NCBI GenBank assembly: GCA_910587375.1
Contig: CAJULR010000022.1
Location: 8,431 to 72,430, forward strand
Origin: Candidatus Gastranaerophilales bacterium
GTDB lineage: Bacteria > Cyanobacteriota > Vampirovibrionia > Gastranaerophilales > Gastranaerophilaceae
DNA: 64,000 nt
Reading direction: 5' to 3'
Under the pieces are notes generated by a model. It was given only the letters and a program-made list of their open reading frames with translations. It was not told the origin of the DNA and ran no database searches. Of the stretch, positions 34,100 through 42,991 are shown one piece after another (position 1 is the stretch's first letter; each line of letters begins with the position of its first letter). A program made the position numbers and the translations under genes.

Positions 34100-36901
34100 A
34101 TGAAAGTTAACGGTTCATTTAAAGGTATAAATCCTTCTGATAATAATTCTGCAAAAAAGCGCATAACAAAAGCCGCAATCCTTACAGGAGTTGTGGTTGG
34201 TGGCGCTGCATTGTATGGCAGGGGGAAGAAAAGCCCTGCTTTTCAAAAATTTGCAAGCACTTTAGCCAGTGATATTTTAACTCCCCTGAAACAAAAGGGG
34301 GTGCCTTTTAATGAAAAAATTGCAAATATTGGTGCAAATTTAAAACAATCCATTGGCGTTTTCACATCAAAAAGAAACAGATATGACGATATTATCGATA
34401 TCAGGCCGGGAAGGCAGCTTCCAGCGCTTCCTGAAAGGTCTTCTGCAAGTTATGTTGATAGCGCTTTAAGAAATCTGATTTATAAAGATAACGGGCAAAT
34501 TATTTTTGACATTCCCATAATTCCGGACGCAAACATTCCGCAGCAGAGCGGAAAAATTCTCGCACTTTCTGCCCCCGGAAACAGGCTTGCACTTCCTGAA
34601 AAAGCAGGAGGCGCGGCAGGCAATGTTGTGGAAAAAATACATTATAAGACTGTGCTGCCTGCGACTCCGCGTGTTATTGAGCTGCCGGGTGAAATTGCAG
34701 AAACCGCAGCAACCGTTGGCGAAGGGGTTACAGGAGCTTCAGAAAAAGCTGGTGGAAAATTTGCTGCAGCGGCAGGTGCAAGTGCAATTTTAGCAGGCGG
34801 TGTTGCGGCCTCAAAATTAAATAATGATGAAGAACCCAAGGTTCCTGCAAAAGACGTTAAACCCAAGGGAGCCAAAGAAACGAAAGGGCCTGCAAAAACA
34901 GCCGGGGCGCCAAAATCTGACAAAGTTCAGACGGTGACATTAAACGGTAAAGAATTTGGCGGCATTTTTGAAGACGGTATTGCATACGATGAAGAATGTG
35001 AACCCTTGACAGGAAGCCTTGTTGCAGGTTTTAAATCCGGCAAGACCGTTGTGCTTCAATATGAAGATGGTGTTTTGCAAAAATCTCTTATCTTTAAAGG
35101 TAAAGACGATGAAGCACCAAAAGAAATTAAAACTTATAAAAACGGAAAAATACATCAAAAATTCGAAGGCATAACTTTTGAAGATGGTGTATATGTTGCA
35201 AAAACAACTTCAACTTACCGTGCAAATGATTCTATGCTTCAAAGCAGGGAAGTTAAAGGCAAAAAGACCGTCCGCACAAAACACTTTAAAAACAGTTTGG
35301 ATGAAAACGGTAAAATAAACGGTAAACCCATTCCTGTAATGACTACAAGCGTTAGTCACTCAAATAATGGTACTGAAGTAAGAAAGTTCTATGCAATTAC
35401 AGGAGATGACACAGAAAGGCTTGCAAGAATAAGTGAAGCAAGGCCGGACGGCACAAAAGAAATTAAGCTTGTGGGCAATGGCGGAAATCCTGTAAGCACG
35501 ATGATTTTAAATAATGACAGACAAATTAATTGGTATATAACAGACCCTGACAGCCCGAATGATTCATACATATACATTAATAACGGCAAGGTGGCCGATG
35601 TAACAACAAGTATGAAATTTAATGACAAAGAACAGCTTATGGAATATGTCGGCTATACATATGCCGGGTCTGAAACTACGCCCCTAAAGCCTCTAGAAGA
35701 AGGGGAAACAAAATATAATGTACCTCATAAAACAACTACGCGTTATAAATCAAAAGAAGGTGAAATGTTTGTTATAACAACAGTTGTTAACAATGGACAT
35801 GAATACGTTACAAAGATTGAAGGATTTGAAAACGAAAAAGATACAGAACCTAAGAGCACCAGAATATATTCTGAAAATGATAAGATTGTGGCGGATTATT
35901 CTGAACATACATCCCCAATAACAGGTGAATTGCGAACCAAGCTGTCTATATGCAAGGGCGGAAAAGCGATGTCTTTCCCAACGCTTGAAAAGCTTGAATG
36001 TGCCGACGATTCTATTGAAGCCTACAGAAAGGCAGACGGTTCTGTTGTTGAAATTGAAAAAGACGAAGATGGTTATATAGTGTCAATTGCAACCTATGCT
36101 AATGAAGAAATTGACTATCCTGAATGTATTACAATTTTTGACCATGGCATGCCTGTAAAAGACGCAATATTTGATGTTGACGGCAATGTAGTTTTTAAAT
36201 CAAAATACAGCATAAAACCCGTTCCAAAGCAAGAAGTGGTGCAAGAAGCGCCGAAAATATTGACAAAAGAAGAGTCTATAAGACAGCCCGGCGGTTTTAA
36301 ATTTGACAATGATACGTATAATTCAATAACGTTCTATGAAAACATGTGGACCGGAAAATACTATCAGCCTGCAGACGTTAAGCGAATTGAAAGAGATAAA
36401 GAAGACGCGTATCGCATAACTCTTCTAAATCCGTATTCATATAACACGCCTGCATATAATATGCTTTTGGACCAAAATAATACAATTCAGCTTCTTAGCG
36501 TATATTCAAGCGGTAATACGGTTGAACTATTCTTGGATGAAGAAGGGCGTCTTGATGTTGATGATTTAAAATATGCCATTAAAGAAGGCGAACTTAAACA
36601 TGTCGGGCCTTTCAAGAAAAACATCGAAAGATATCAAATGGAAAAGGGCGAAGTTATTGAATTTGTAAAACGTGAAGACGGAACTGTTGCCTCTATTGCT
36701 TATTATGAAGATGAAACAAGTGATACTCCTGTTTGCAGAACCTTTGTAAAAGGTGGTGTTCCAACAACAGATGTTGTATATAATTTAGAAGATGGAAGCT
36801 ATGTTTATAATGAATCTTCACTAAGTGGTTTAGATATGCTTGAAAACCCGATTGAAGATATTTATATAAACAACATATTTGGCGGCCCGGAGAGAAAATA
36901 A
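34100..36901 (+). CDS. large orphan membrane-anchored repeat protein (933 aa)
   Basis: Two hydrophobic segments (AAILTGVVVGGAALYG; AAAAGASAILAGGVAAS) and a Lys/Pro-rich linker. These are followed by MORN/YwqK-like turns (YEDGVLQKSLIF, YKNGKIHQKF) and two related C-terminal modules (VEIEKDEDGYIVSIATYANEEIDYPEC... / VIEFVKREDGTVASIAYYEDETSDTPVC...). Confidence 0.7.
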   Translation: MKVNGSFKGINPSDNNSAKKRITKAAILTGVVVGGAALYGRGKKSPAFQKFASTLASDILTPLKQKGVPFNEKIANIGANLKQSIGVFTSKRNRYDDIIDIRPGRQLPALPERSSASYVDSALRNLIYKDNGQIIFDIPIIPDANIPQQSGKILALSAPGNRLALPEKAGGAAGNVVEKIHYKTVLPATPRVIELPGEIAETAATVGEGVTGASEKAGGKFAAAAGASAILAGGVAASKLNNDEEPKVPAKDVKPKGAKETKGPAKTAGAPKSDKVQTVTLNGKEFGGIFEDGIAYDEECEPLTGSLVAGFKSGKTVVLQYEDGVLQKSLIFKGKDDEAPKEIKTYKNGKIHQKFEGITFEDGVYVAKTTSTYRANDSMLQSREVKGKKTVRTKHFKNSLDENGKINGKPIPVMTTSVSHSNNGTEVRKFYAITGDDTERLARISEARPDGTKEIKLVGNGGNPVSTMILNNDRQINWYITDPDSPNDSYIYINNGKVADVTTSMKFNDKEQLMEYVGYTYAGSETTPLKPLEEGETKYNVPHKTTTRYKSKEGEMFVITTVVNNGHEYVTKIEGFENEKDTEPKSTRIYSENDKIVADYSEHTSPITGELRTKLSICKGGKAMSFPTLEKLECADDSIEAYRKADGSVVEIEKDEDGYIVSIATYANEEIDYPECITIFDHGMPVKDAIFDVDGNVVFKSKYSIKPVPKQEVVQEAPKILTKEESIRQPGGFKFDNDTYNSITFYENMWTGKYYQPADVKRIERDKEDAYRITLLNPYSYNTPAYNMLLDQNNTIQLLSVYSSGNTVELFLDEEGRLDVDDLKYAIKEGELKHVGPFKKNIERYQMEKGEVIEFVKREDGTVASIAYYEDETSDTPVCRTFVKGGVPTTDVVYNLEDGSYVYNESSLSGLDMLENPIEDIYINNIFGGPERK

Positions 36902-36941
36902 TTTAAAAGATAATTTGTTTTATGATATAATCCCTTTTGTT

Positions 36942-37451
36942 ATGGAAGGGATTATATCTGTAGGAAAAATATTAAATTTTCACGGTATTTTAGGTATCGC
37001 AAAAGTTGGATACTCAAATGCCGAAACGATTTCAGGGCTGAAAAAAGTTTTAATCAAAAAAGATGGCAAAGAAGAAACATTCACTGTTCAAAGTGTGAAA
37101 TTTCACAAAAACTTCGCCCTTGTGAAGTTTAAGGAAATAAACTCAATTGATGAACTTCTTCCATACAAAGGTCAAAATATTTTTATCCAAAAAGAAGAGG
37201 TTGAAAAATCGTTGGATGAGGATGAATTTTTAATCCAGGATTTAATCGGCCTGAATGCCTTCGATAATAATGATGATTTTATAGGTGTAATTTCAGATGT
37301 TAAAACATCAGCCGGGAACGACCTTTTGTGTATAAAGCCCGAAGATGAAACAAAAGGCGAAATCCTTGTCCCGTTTGCAAAAGAACTTGTTCCAATTGTG
37401 GATATAAATAAGAAAAAGGTTGTAATTAAGCCTATTGAGGGGCTTTTATAA
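36942..37451 (+). CDS. rimM: 16S rRNA processing protein RimM
   Basis: ISVGKILNFHGILGIAKV (RimM N-terminal barrel) and a PRC-barrel-like C-terminus. The internal ATG 36942 avoids overlap with the upstream gene. Confidence 0.85.
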   Translation: MEGIISVGKILNFHGILGIAKVGYSNAETISGLKKVLIKKDGKEETFTVQSVKFHKNFALVKFKEINSIDELLPYKGQNIFIQKEEVEKSLDEDEFLIQDLIGLNAFDNNDDFIGVISDVKTSAGNDLLCIKPEDETKGEILVPFAKELVPIVDINKKKVVIKPIEGLL

Positions 37452-37471
37452 TGTTTTTGGAGATTTTTTAA

Positions 37472-38149
37472 GTGCGCTATGATGTTTTAACCCTTTTTCC
37501 CGATATAATAACGGATTATTGCTCTTATTCAATTATGAAAAGAGGAATTGAAAAAGGCGTTATTACCGTAAATACAATTAATTTCAGGGATTTTACCCAT
37601 GATAAGCACAGGAAAGTGGACGATACACCATATGGCGGCTCATCCGGCATGGTTTTAATGGCCCCTCCTATATTTGAAGCATATGAAAGCATTGAACGTA
37701 CCGAAAATTCTGAATTTATAATGCTTACCCCGCAAGGCGAACCGTATAACCAAAAAATAAGCCTTGAATTATCCAAAAAAGACCAAATAATTCTTCTTTG
37801 CGGAAGATATGAGGGGTTTGATGAAAGGGTAAGGCTTGGGCTTAAACCAAGGGAAATTTCCCTTGGGGATTACGTTCTAACGGGTGGGGAACTTGGCGCA
37901 CTTTGCATTATGGACAGTGTTTCAAGGCATTTAGACGGTTTTTTAAATAAGGAAGAATCTTCCGTAAACGACAGTTTTTCAGAGGCTTTAGAAGGCAGGC
38001 TTGAACATCCGCAATATACAAAGCCAAGGGAATACCGCGGTATGAAGGTACCCGAGGTTTTGTTGGATGGCAACCATGCTGAAATTGAAAAATTCAGGCA
38101 TAAAGAAAGTGTTCTAAGGACAAAAATCCGCCGCCCGGATTTAATTTAG
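37472..38149 (+). CDS. trmD: tRNA (guanine37-N1)-methyltransferase
   Basis: YDVLTLFPD..., DDTPYGGSSGMVL, LLCGRYEGFDERV and SLGDYVLTGGE motifs. GTG start. Confidence 0.95.
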   Translation: MRYDVLTLFPDIITDYCSYSIMKRGIEKGVITVNTINFRDFTHDKHRKVDDTPYGGSSGMVLMAPPIFEAYESIERTENSEFIMLTPQGEPYNQKISLELSKKDQIILLCGRYEGFDERVRLGLKPREISLGDYVLTGGELGALCIMDSVSRHLDGFLNKEESSVNDSFSEALEGRLEHPQYTKPREYRGMKVPEVLLDGNHAEIEKFRHKESVLRTKIRRPDLI

Positions 38150-38242
38150 TATTCTAAAAATCTTATATAAAGCCTTTTTTGGGTAATTTTTAAGAAATTA
38201 TTACATAATTGACTTTTTAATTAGATTTTTCTATGCTTAATT

Positions 38243-38548
38243 ATGTATATGAACAAGCGTTGGTATGATGCGGATCCTGTTATAACAAATGCCCTTGATT
38301 TAATCCAAAATTCAGATGATGAGAGGAAAAATTTAATGGCAGATTTTATAATAAGAGAGGCTCAAAACCTTGGCGTAGAACTTGAAAAAGGTGTTTTTGA
38401 CTGCTTTTGGCAAAGAAGGCAGGAAGAAAATAAAAAATATTTCGTGGCTCTTGAATATTTAAAGGCCATGGAAAAAGAGGCAGGAAGAGAGTTATCCTTT
38501 AAAATCATTTCTGCGTTCAAAAACATCAAAGATACTACACAAACATAA
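38243..38548 (+). CDS. hypothetical protein (101 aa)
   Basis: Track ORF in the position where rplS usually follows trmD. The sequence is not L19-like. Confidence 0.45.
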   Translation: MYMNKRWYDADPVITNALDLIQNSDDERKNLMADFIIREAQNLGVELEKGVFDCFWQRRQEENKKYFVALEYLKAMEKEAGRELSFKIISAFKNIKDTTQT

Positions 38549-38599
38549 ATACTGTATTTGTTTGATGACTATATGATTGGGTCTTAATAAAATTAAAAT

Positions 38600-39478
38600 A
38601 TGAAAAAGTATTGCATCACATTAATAATTACACTTTTTACTATATTTTTTAATATGGGCCCTGCGCATGCCATAAGAATCGGGCTGGATGAAAACATTAA
38701 ACAAACTTATGTCGGAACATCCAAAGCGGGGCAGATTTTAGACGGCAGAACAAAAAAACCTTTATATTATACAAAGGCCCTTGTGCCATATACAATTAAA
38801 GCCCACAACGACATCATTGTTATTAAAATTAACGGAAAATATTATAGCCTCGGCACAAATTATATCGTTATTCAAAACAAGGAACCAAAAGGTTTTCTTG
38901 CCACAAAGAAAAAGTGGTATCGGGGCGATATGATTATTTACAACTATAATAAAAAGTTAATTGTTGTAAATAATGTGCCCTTAGAAGAATATTTAATGGG
39001 GGTTGTGCCCTCTGAAATGCCTTCCGTTTGGAATGTTGAAGCACATAAAGCCCAGGCAATTGCCGCAAGAAGCTATGCCATTGCAAACCTTGGAAAAAGA
39101 AAATCCATGGGCTATGACCTTAAAGATACACCTTTAGACCAAACCTATGGCGGGGCTTCGTCTGAAACTAAACAGACAACCCGTGCTGTGCTTGAAACAA
39201 GGGGTATTGTTTTAACCCATAACGGCAAAATTATTCCTGCATACTACCATGCAGCTTCTGGCGGCAAAACCGTTGTATCGGGCGCTGTTTGGGCGAAGGA
39301 TTTACCTTATATTAAATCCGTTCCTGGGTATGACGATGGTATCAGGAAAAATGGACATGGCGTAGGGATGAGCCAGCATGGTGCAAACAACCTTGCAAAC
39401 AAAGGCTACAATGCTTATCAGATTTTGAATTATTTTTATAAAAACATCCGCTTTTCTGTAACAAAGAACGAGTATTAG
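38600..39478 (+). CDS. SpoIID/LytB-domain protein (putative lytic transglycosylase/amidase enhancer)
   Basis: Signal peptide, then LEEYLMGVVPSEMP...EAHKAQAIAARSYA and YHAASGGKT motifs. Confidence 0.85.
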   Translation: MKKYCITLIITLFTIFFNMGPAHAIRIGLDENIKQTYVGTSKAGQILDGRTKKPLYYTKALVPYTIKAHNDIIVIKINGKYYSLGTNYIVIQNKEPKGFLATKKKWYRGDMIIYNYNKKLIVVNNVPLEEYLMGVVPSEMPSVWNVEAHKAQAIAARSYAIANLGKRKSMGYDLKDTPLDQTYGGASSETKQTTRAVLETRGIVLTHNGKIIPAYYHAASGGKTVVSGAVWAKDLPYIKSVPGYDDGIRKNGHGVGMSQHGANNLANKGYNAYQILNYFYKNIRFSVTKNEY

Positions 39479-39697
39479 GATTTTTCGGCTTTATTCTTCA
39501 GATGTATAATTTTAATACCGGGCCTGCAACGGTATAAAAAACATTTAAAACAAATTATTCTTCAAAATTTCACCGAAACCATCCCACAAAACCATACAGA
39601 AAGCGGATTTTAAATGTAAAATTGTGTAAACTCCTTGCAAAGAAAGGATTTATAGGTATAATAAAGGAGTAACTAATGATAGAAAGGGGTTCAGAGG

Positions 39698-39973
39698 ATG
39701 AACAAAGAAGAATTAGTAAAAGAAGTTAGCGCGCAAGCTAAATTATCACAAAAACAAACAACTGAAGTTATAGCTGCTCTTTTAGACACTGTTGAAAAAA
39801 CAGTTGCTAAAGGTAAAAAAGTTACTTTAGTTGGTTTCGGTACTTTTGAATCAAGAAAAAGAGCTGCAAGAGTTGGCCGCAACCCTCAAACTGGTAAAGA
39901 AATCAAGATTGCTGCTAAAACAGTTCCTGCTTTCTCTGCTGGTAAAAAATTCAAAGACCTTATGAAGAAATAA
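39698..39973 (+). CDS. hup: DNA-binding protein HU
   Basis: MNKEELV...GFGTFESRKRAARVGRNPQTGKEIKIAA is a canonical HU/IHF fold sequence. Confidence 0.95.
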   Translation: MNKEELVKEVSAQAKLSQKQTTEVIAALLDTVEKTVAKGKKVTLVGFGTFESRKRAARVGRNPQTGKEIKIAAKTVPAFSAGKKFKDLMKK

Positions 39974-40115
39974 CGCAAGCCAAATGAGCTTAGCCAGACT
40001 TGGCTTAGCGAATGCAGGCGAGCGCAACGGTGTGCGAAGCCCGTGACGGCAAGCGATGAGCTTGGCGGACAGGGCGAAGGCCGTACCCGGGGCGTAAGTT
40101 AAGCAGTTTTTAAAA

Positions 40116-40143
40116 GGCCAGCTCTTTTCGGGCTGGTCTTTTT
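40116..40143 (+). terminator. intrinsic terminator downstream of hup
   Basis: Stem ggccagc/gctggtc (one G-U pair) followed by T5. Confidence 0.65.
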
Positions 40144-40228
40144 GCACTATAAAAACCCTTACTATATATACATTTAAAGCGCTTTGTGATAAAATTATCC
40201 TGTTACATTTAAAAAAGGAGATACAACA

Positions 40229-40762
40229 ATTAGTAAAAACGATATGAAAACCAAAGAGTTGGTTAATGAAAAAATCAGAGCAAGAGAGGTAATGCTTATA
40301 GATGACGAGGGCACAAACCACGGAGCAGTTTCAACTTCAAAGGCCCTTGAGATGGCAAAAGAAAAAGGTTTAGATTTAGTTGTTGTATCCCCAAACCAAG
40401 CCCCGCCCGTTGCAAAAATTTTAGATTGGGGCAAATATAAATATGAAACCGAAAAACGTGCTAAAGAAGCAAAGAAAAAGCAGCACACGGTTGATATAAA
40501 AGAAGTAAAAATGCGCTATAAAATAGACACACACGACTATGAAGTCCGTTTAAAAAGCGCTAAAAAGTTTATAGCACAAGGAAACAAGGTGAAAGTTGTT
40601 GTTATGCTTCGCGGCCGTGAAATGCAGCATAATAAACTTGCAATTGACCTTGCGAACAAATTTTTAACAGACATTGAGGAAGGTTCTGTTTCCGTTGAGA
40701 AAAAACCTACTCTTGAGGGCAGAAACGTTGTAATGGTGCTTGCCCCGCCAACTGGAAAGTAA
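40229..40762 (+). CDS. infC: translation initiation factor IF-3 (probable ATT start)
   Basis: INEKIRAREVMLIDDEGTNHG... plus a canonical IF-3 C-domain. AAAGGAG (40214-40220) lies 8 nt upstream of an in-frame ATT at 40229. The track ATG at 40244 is 23 nt from that site. Confidence 0.9.
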   Translation: MSKNDMKTKELVNEKIRAREVMLIDDEGTNHGAVSTSKALEMAKEKGLDLVVVSPNQAPPVAKILDWGKYKYETEKRAKEAKKKQHTVDIKEVKMRYKIDTHDYEVRLKSAKKFIAQGNKVKVVVMLRGREMQHNKLAIDLANKFLTDIEEGSVSVEKKPTLEGRNVVMVLAPPTGK

Positions 40763-40801
40763 GAAGTTAAAAATTTTACAATAAGCATAAGTTGGCAAAA
40801 G

Positions 40802-40998
40802 CATATCTTGCAAAATATTTATTTTATACCGTTAGCATAAGGGCATTAGAGATATTTAGCGAATGTATAAAGCGAGTATGTTTGAGCTTGTGCCTCCTTA
40901 GCTTGAGGCACAAGTGAGTTTGCGAGCAATAAAAGATGAGCTTAATAGCTCTTTGACCGTTGCAGCCCCGGTATAAAATAAATATTTTGCAAGATATG
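40802..40998. mobile_element. 197-bp MITE-like element with perfect 30-bp terminal inverted repeats
   Basis: catatcttgcaaaatatttattttataccg (40802-40831) is the exact reverse complement of 40969-40998. There is an internal 10-bp hairpin cttgtgcctc/gaggcacaag. A partial relative (accgttgcag[g/c]cccggtat) lies at 39516-39535. No transposase is present and no clear target-site duplication was seen. Confidence 0.55.
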
Positions 40999-41024
40999 AA
41001 TAATCAATTAATCAAGGAGTTTTT

Positions 41025-41525
41025 ATGTTCAGGCCTATGCGCAGAAAAAACCAGGAACTTTCAAAAAAAGAATGCGAAGAAATTTTAGTAAACGGTAAAA
41101 CAGGCACTCTTGCCGTCTTTGGGGATGAAAACTATCCCTATGCCGTGCCTTTGAACTATATTTACCTTAACGATAAAATCTATTTTCACTGTGCAAAAGA
41201 AGGCCATAAAATAGATTCTATAAAGAAAAATTCCAAGGTTTCATTCTGTGTCATAGGAAAAGATGAAGTCGTGCCTAAAGTGTTTGGAACAGATTTTAGA
41301 AGCGTCATCGCCTTTGGGCAAGCGCGCATAATGAATGAAGAAGAGTTTATGCCCGTTATACAAAGCTTTGCAAGGAAATATTGCCCAAAAGAAACCAATG
41401 ATTCCATTCAAAACGAAATCAACAGAGATTTTAAGCGCCTTTGTATGGTGGAAATTTTAATTGAGCATATGACAGGAAAACAAGCCATAGATTTTGTCCG
41501 TAAAGCAAATGAAAAAGCAGACTAA
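41025..41525 (+). CDS. pyridoxamine 5'-phosphate oxidase-family FMN-binding protein
   Basis: MRRKNQELSKKECEEIL..GKTGTLAV...YPYAVPLNY....KIYFHCAKEGHK is typical of the PNPOx-like/NimA-like split-barrel family. Confidence 0.8.
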   Translation: MFRPMRRKNQELSKKECEEILVNGKTGTLAVFGDENYPYAVPLNYIYLNDKIYFHCAKEGHKIDSIKKNSKVSFCVIGKDEVVPKVFGTDFRSVIAFGQARIMNEEEFMPVIQSFARKYCPKETNDSIQNEINRDFKRLCMVEILIEHMTGKQAIDFVRKANEKAD

Positions 41526-41628
41526 AACGCGGCAGCATGGCTTTTCTTTCAAAAACACCCTCTTTTTTTCAAGAATTTGACAGAGGTAGACTTTTTAAAT
41601 ATAATTAGTTGATAAAGGCAACTAATTT

Positions 41629-42066
41629 ATGGATAAAAAACTCTCAATTGTTGAAAATATAAGGCTTTTTAACCGCTTTTATTTTGTAAAATCAAAGCTT
41701 TTATTTGGCAAATACTTGAATTCAAACTATTCTGCCGCAGAAGCAAGGATTTTGTTTGAAATATTTGAAAATAAAAAATGCACTGCAAATTTTGTTGCCC
41801 AAAAATTAAACCTTGATAAAGGTTATCTAAGCAGGATAATTAAGCGTTTTGAAGGTGATTGCTTAATTAAAAGAACACCTTCTAAAAAAGACGCCAGGTT
41901 TTTTGATATAACGCTTACTTCAAAAGGGCTCAATTTGGTGCAAGGGCTTATTAAAAAATCAAATTCCGACATTGAAAACCTAATACAAGGCCTAAGCCCG
42001 GATGATTGCGAAGTTTTAGTGTCTTCTATGAACACAATTATTGAAAAAATGGAGAATATAAGATGA
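41629..42066 (+). CDS. MarR-family transcriptional regulator
   Basis: Winged-helix pattern (AEARILFEI...FVAQKLNLDKGYLSRIIKRFEGDCLIKRTPSKKDAR). Confidence 0.8.
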   Translation: MDKKLSIVENIRLFNRFYFVKSKLLFGKYLNSNYSAAEARILFEIFENKKCTANFVAQKLNLDKGYLSRIIKRFEGDCLIKRTPSKKDARFFDITLTSKGLNLVQGLIKKSNSDIENLIQGLSPDDCEVLVSSMNTIIEKMENIR

Positions 42067-42386
42067 AAAATGTTGTAAAAAAAGAAGGTGCAATAAAAAA
42101 AGTTTTTAAGGGCGTAAACCTTGATTCTCTTGCTGTTGGCGAGAAATCAATGGTGACAAAAATGAACTATGTCAAAGGAAATTACGCTTCATCCCACAAA
42201 CACCCAAATGAGCAGTCAGGCTATGTGATTTCAGGAAGGCACATTCTAACGCTGGATGGCACAACCTATGAACTAACAGCGGGCGACACCTATGCAATTC
42301 CATCTAACATTGAACATTCTTTTGAAGTTTTGGAAGATGGCGAAGTAATCGATGTTTTCACTCCAATTAGAGAGGATTATCTGTAA
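42063..42386 (+). CDS. cupin-domain protein
   Basis: Approximately G.H.H...E ... G....P...H spacing (SSHKHPNEQSGYVISG ... IPSNIEHSFE). The 4-nt overlap with marR suggests an operon. Confidence 0.75.
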   Translation: MKNVVKKEGAIKKVFKGVNLDSLAVGEKSMVTKMNYVKGNYASSHKHPNEQSGYVISGRHILTLDGTTYELTAGDTYAIPSNIEHSFEVLEDGEVIDVFTPIREDYL

Positions 42387-42389
42387 ATT

Positions 42390-42860
42390 ATGAAAATTAT
42401 TAAATATGATAAAAAATATAAACAAAGTTTTATTGATTTCAACACAGACTGGATTGTTGAAAATTTTGGCTTTCTTGAAGAAAACGACATAAATTCGTTC
42501 AACAGTATCGAAGAAAATATTTCAAAAGGCGGAATGATATTTTTTGCGCTTGAAGATGAAAATTGTCTTGCCTGTTGTATGGCTGTGCCCTTGGAAGATG
42601 AGGCCTGGGAAATTTGCAAACTGGGTTCAAATAAAAACCTTCCGCACAAGGGCGCCGGAAGCGCTGTTTTTAAGGCCTGCATGGATTATGCAACAGAAAA
42701 CGGGGCTAAAAAACTCTGTATTATTTCAAATTCAAAGCTAAAGGCAGCTCTTCATATTTATGAAAAATATGGCTTTAAAGAGATGAAACTCAATGATTAT
42801 CATTATGAAAGAGGCAACATTGCTTTTGAATATAATGTTCCTGAAAAAATAGCAAGGTAA
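42390..42860 (+). CDS. GNAT-family N-acetyltransferase
   Basis: The acetyl-CoA binding block HKGAGSAVFKACMDYA and the C-terminal YEKYGF are typical of GNAT. Confidence 0.8.
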   Translation: MKIIKYDKKYKQSFIDFNTDWIVENFGFLEENDINSFNSIEENISKGGMIFFALEDENCLACCMAVPLEDEAWEICKLGSNKNLPHKGAGSAVFKACMDYATENGAKKLCIISNSKLKAALHIYEKYGFKEMKLNDYHYERGNIAFEYNVPEKIAR

Positions 42861-42887
42861 CAAAAATAAATTTATCATTCAAATAAA

Positions 42888-42929
42888 AACTCCGCTAAGC
42901 ATAAACAAAAGCGGAGTTTTTTAATTTTT
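42888..42929. terminator. bidirectional intrinsic terminator between convergent GNAT and MFS genes
   Basis: Stem aactccgc/gcggagtt, with an A-tract upstream and a T-tract downstream. Confidence 0.7.
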
Positions 42930-42991
42930 CAAGCCTTGAAACACAGACTTCCCGGGTTTTAAATTATAACCTTAAAAGTCCGATTAAAGCC

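Noticed and set aside
31600-34160. Possible shared N-terminal motif (M-[RK]-[VI]-N/A...) among orphan proteins at 31600, 34100 and 56494
   Set aside because: The similarity is limited to 3-4 residues and is not alignable beyond that. It is too weak to claim a common signal.
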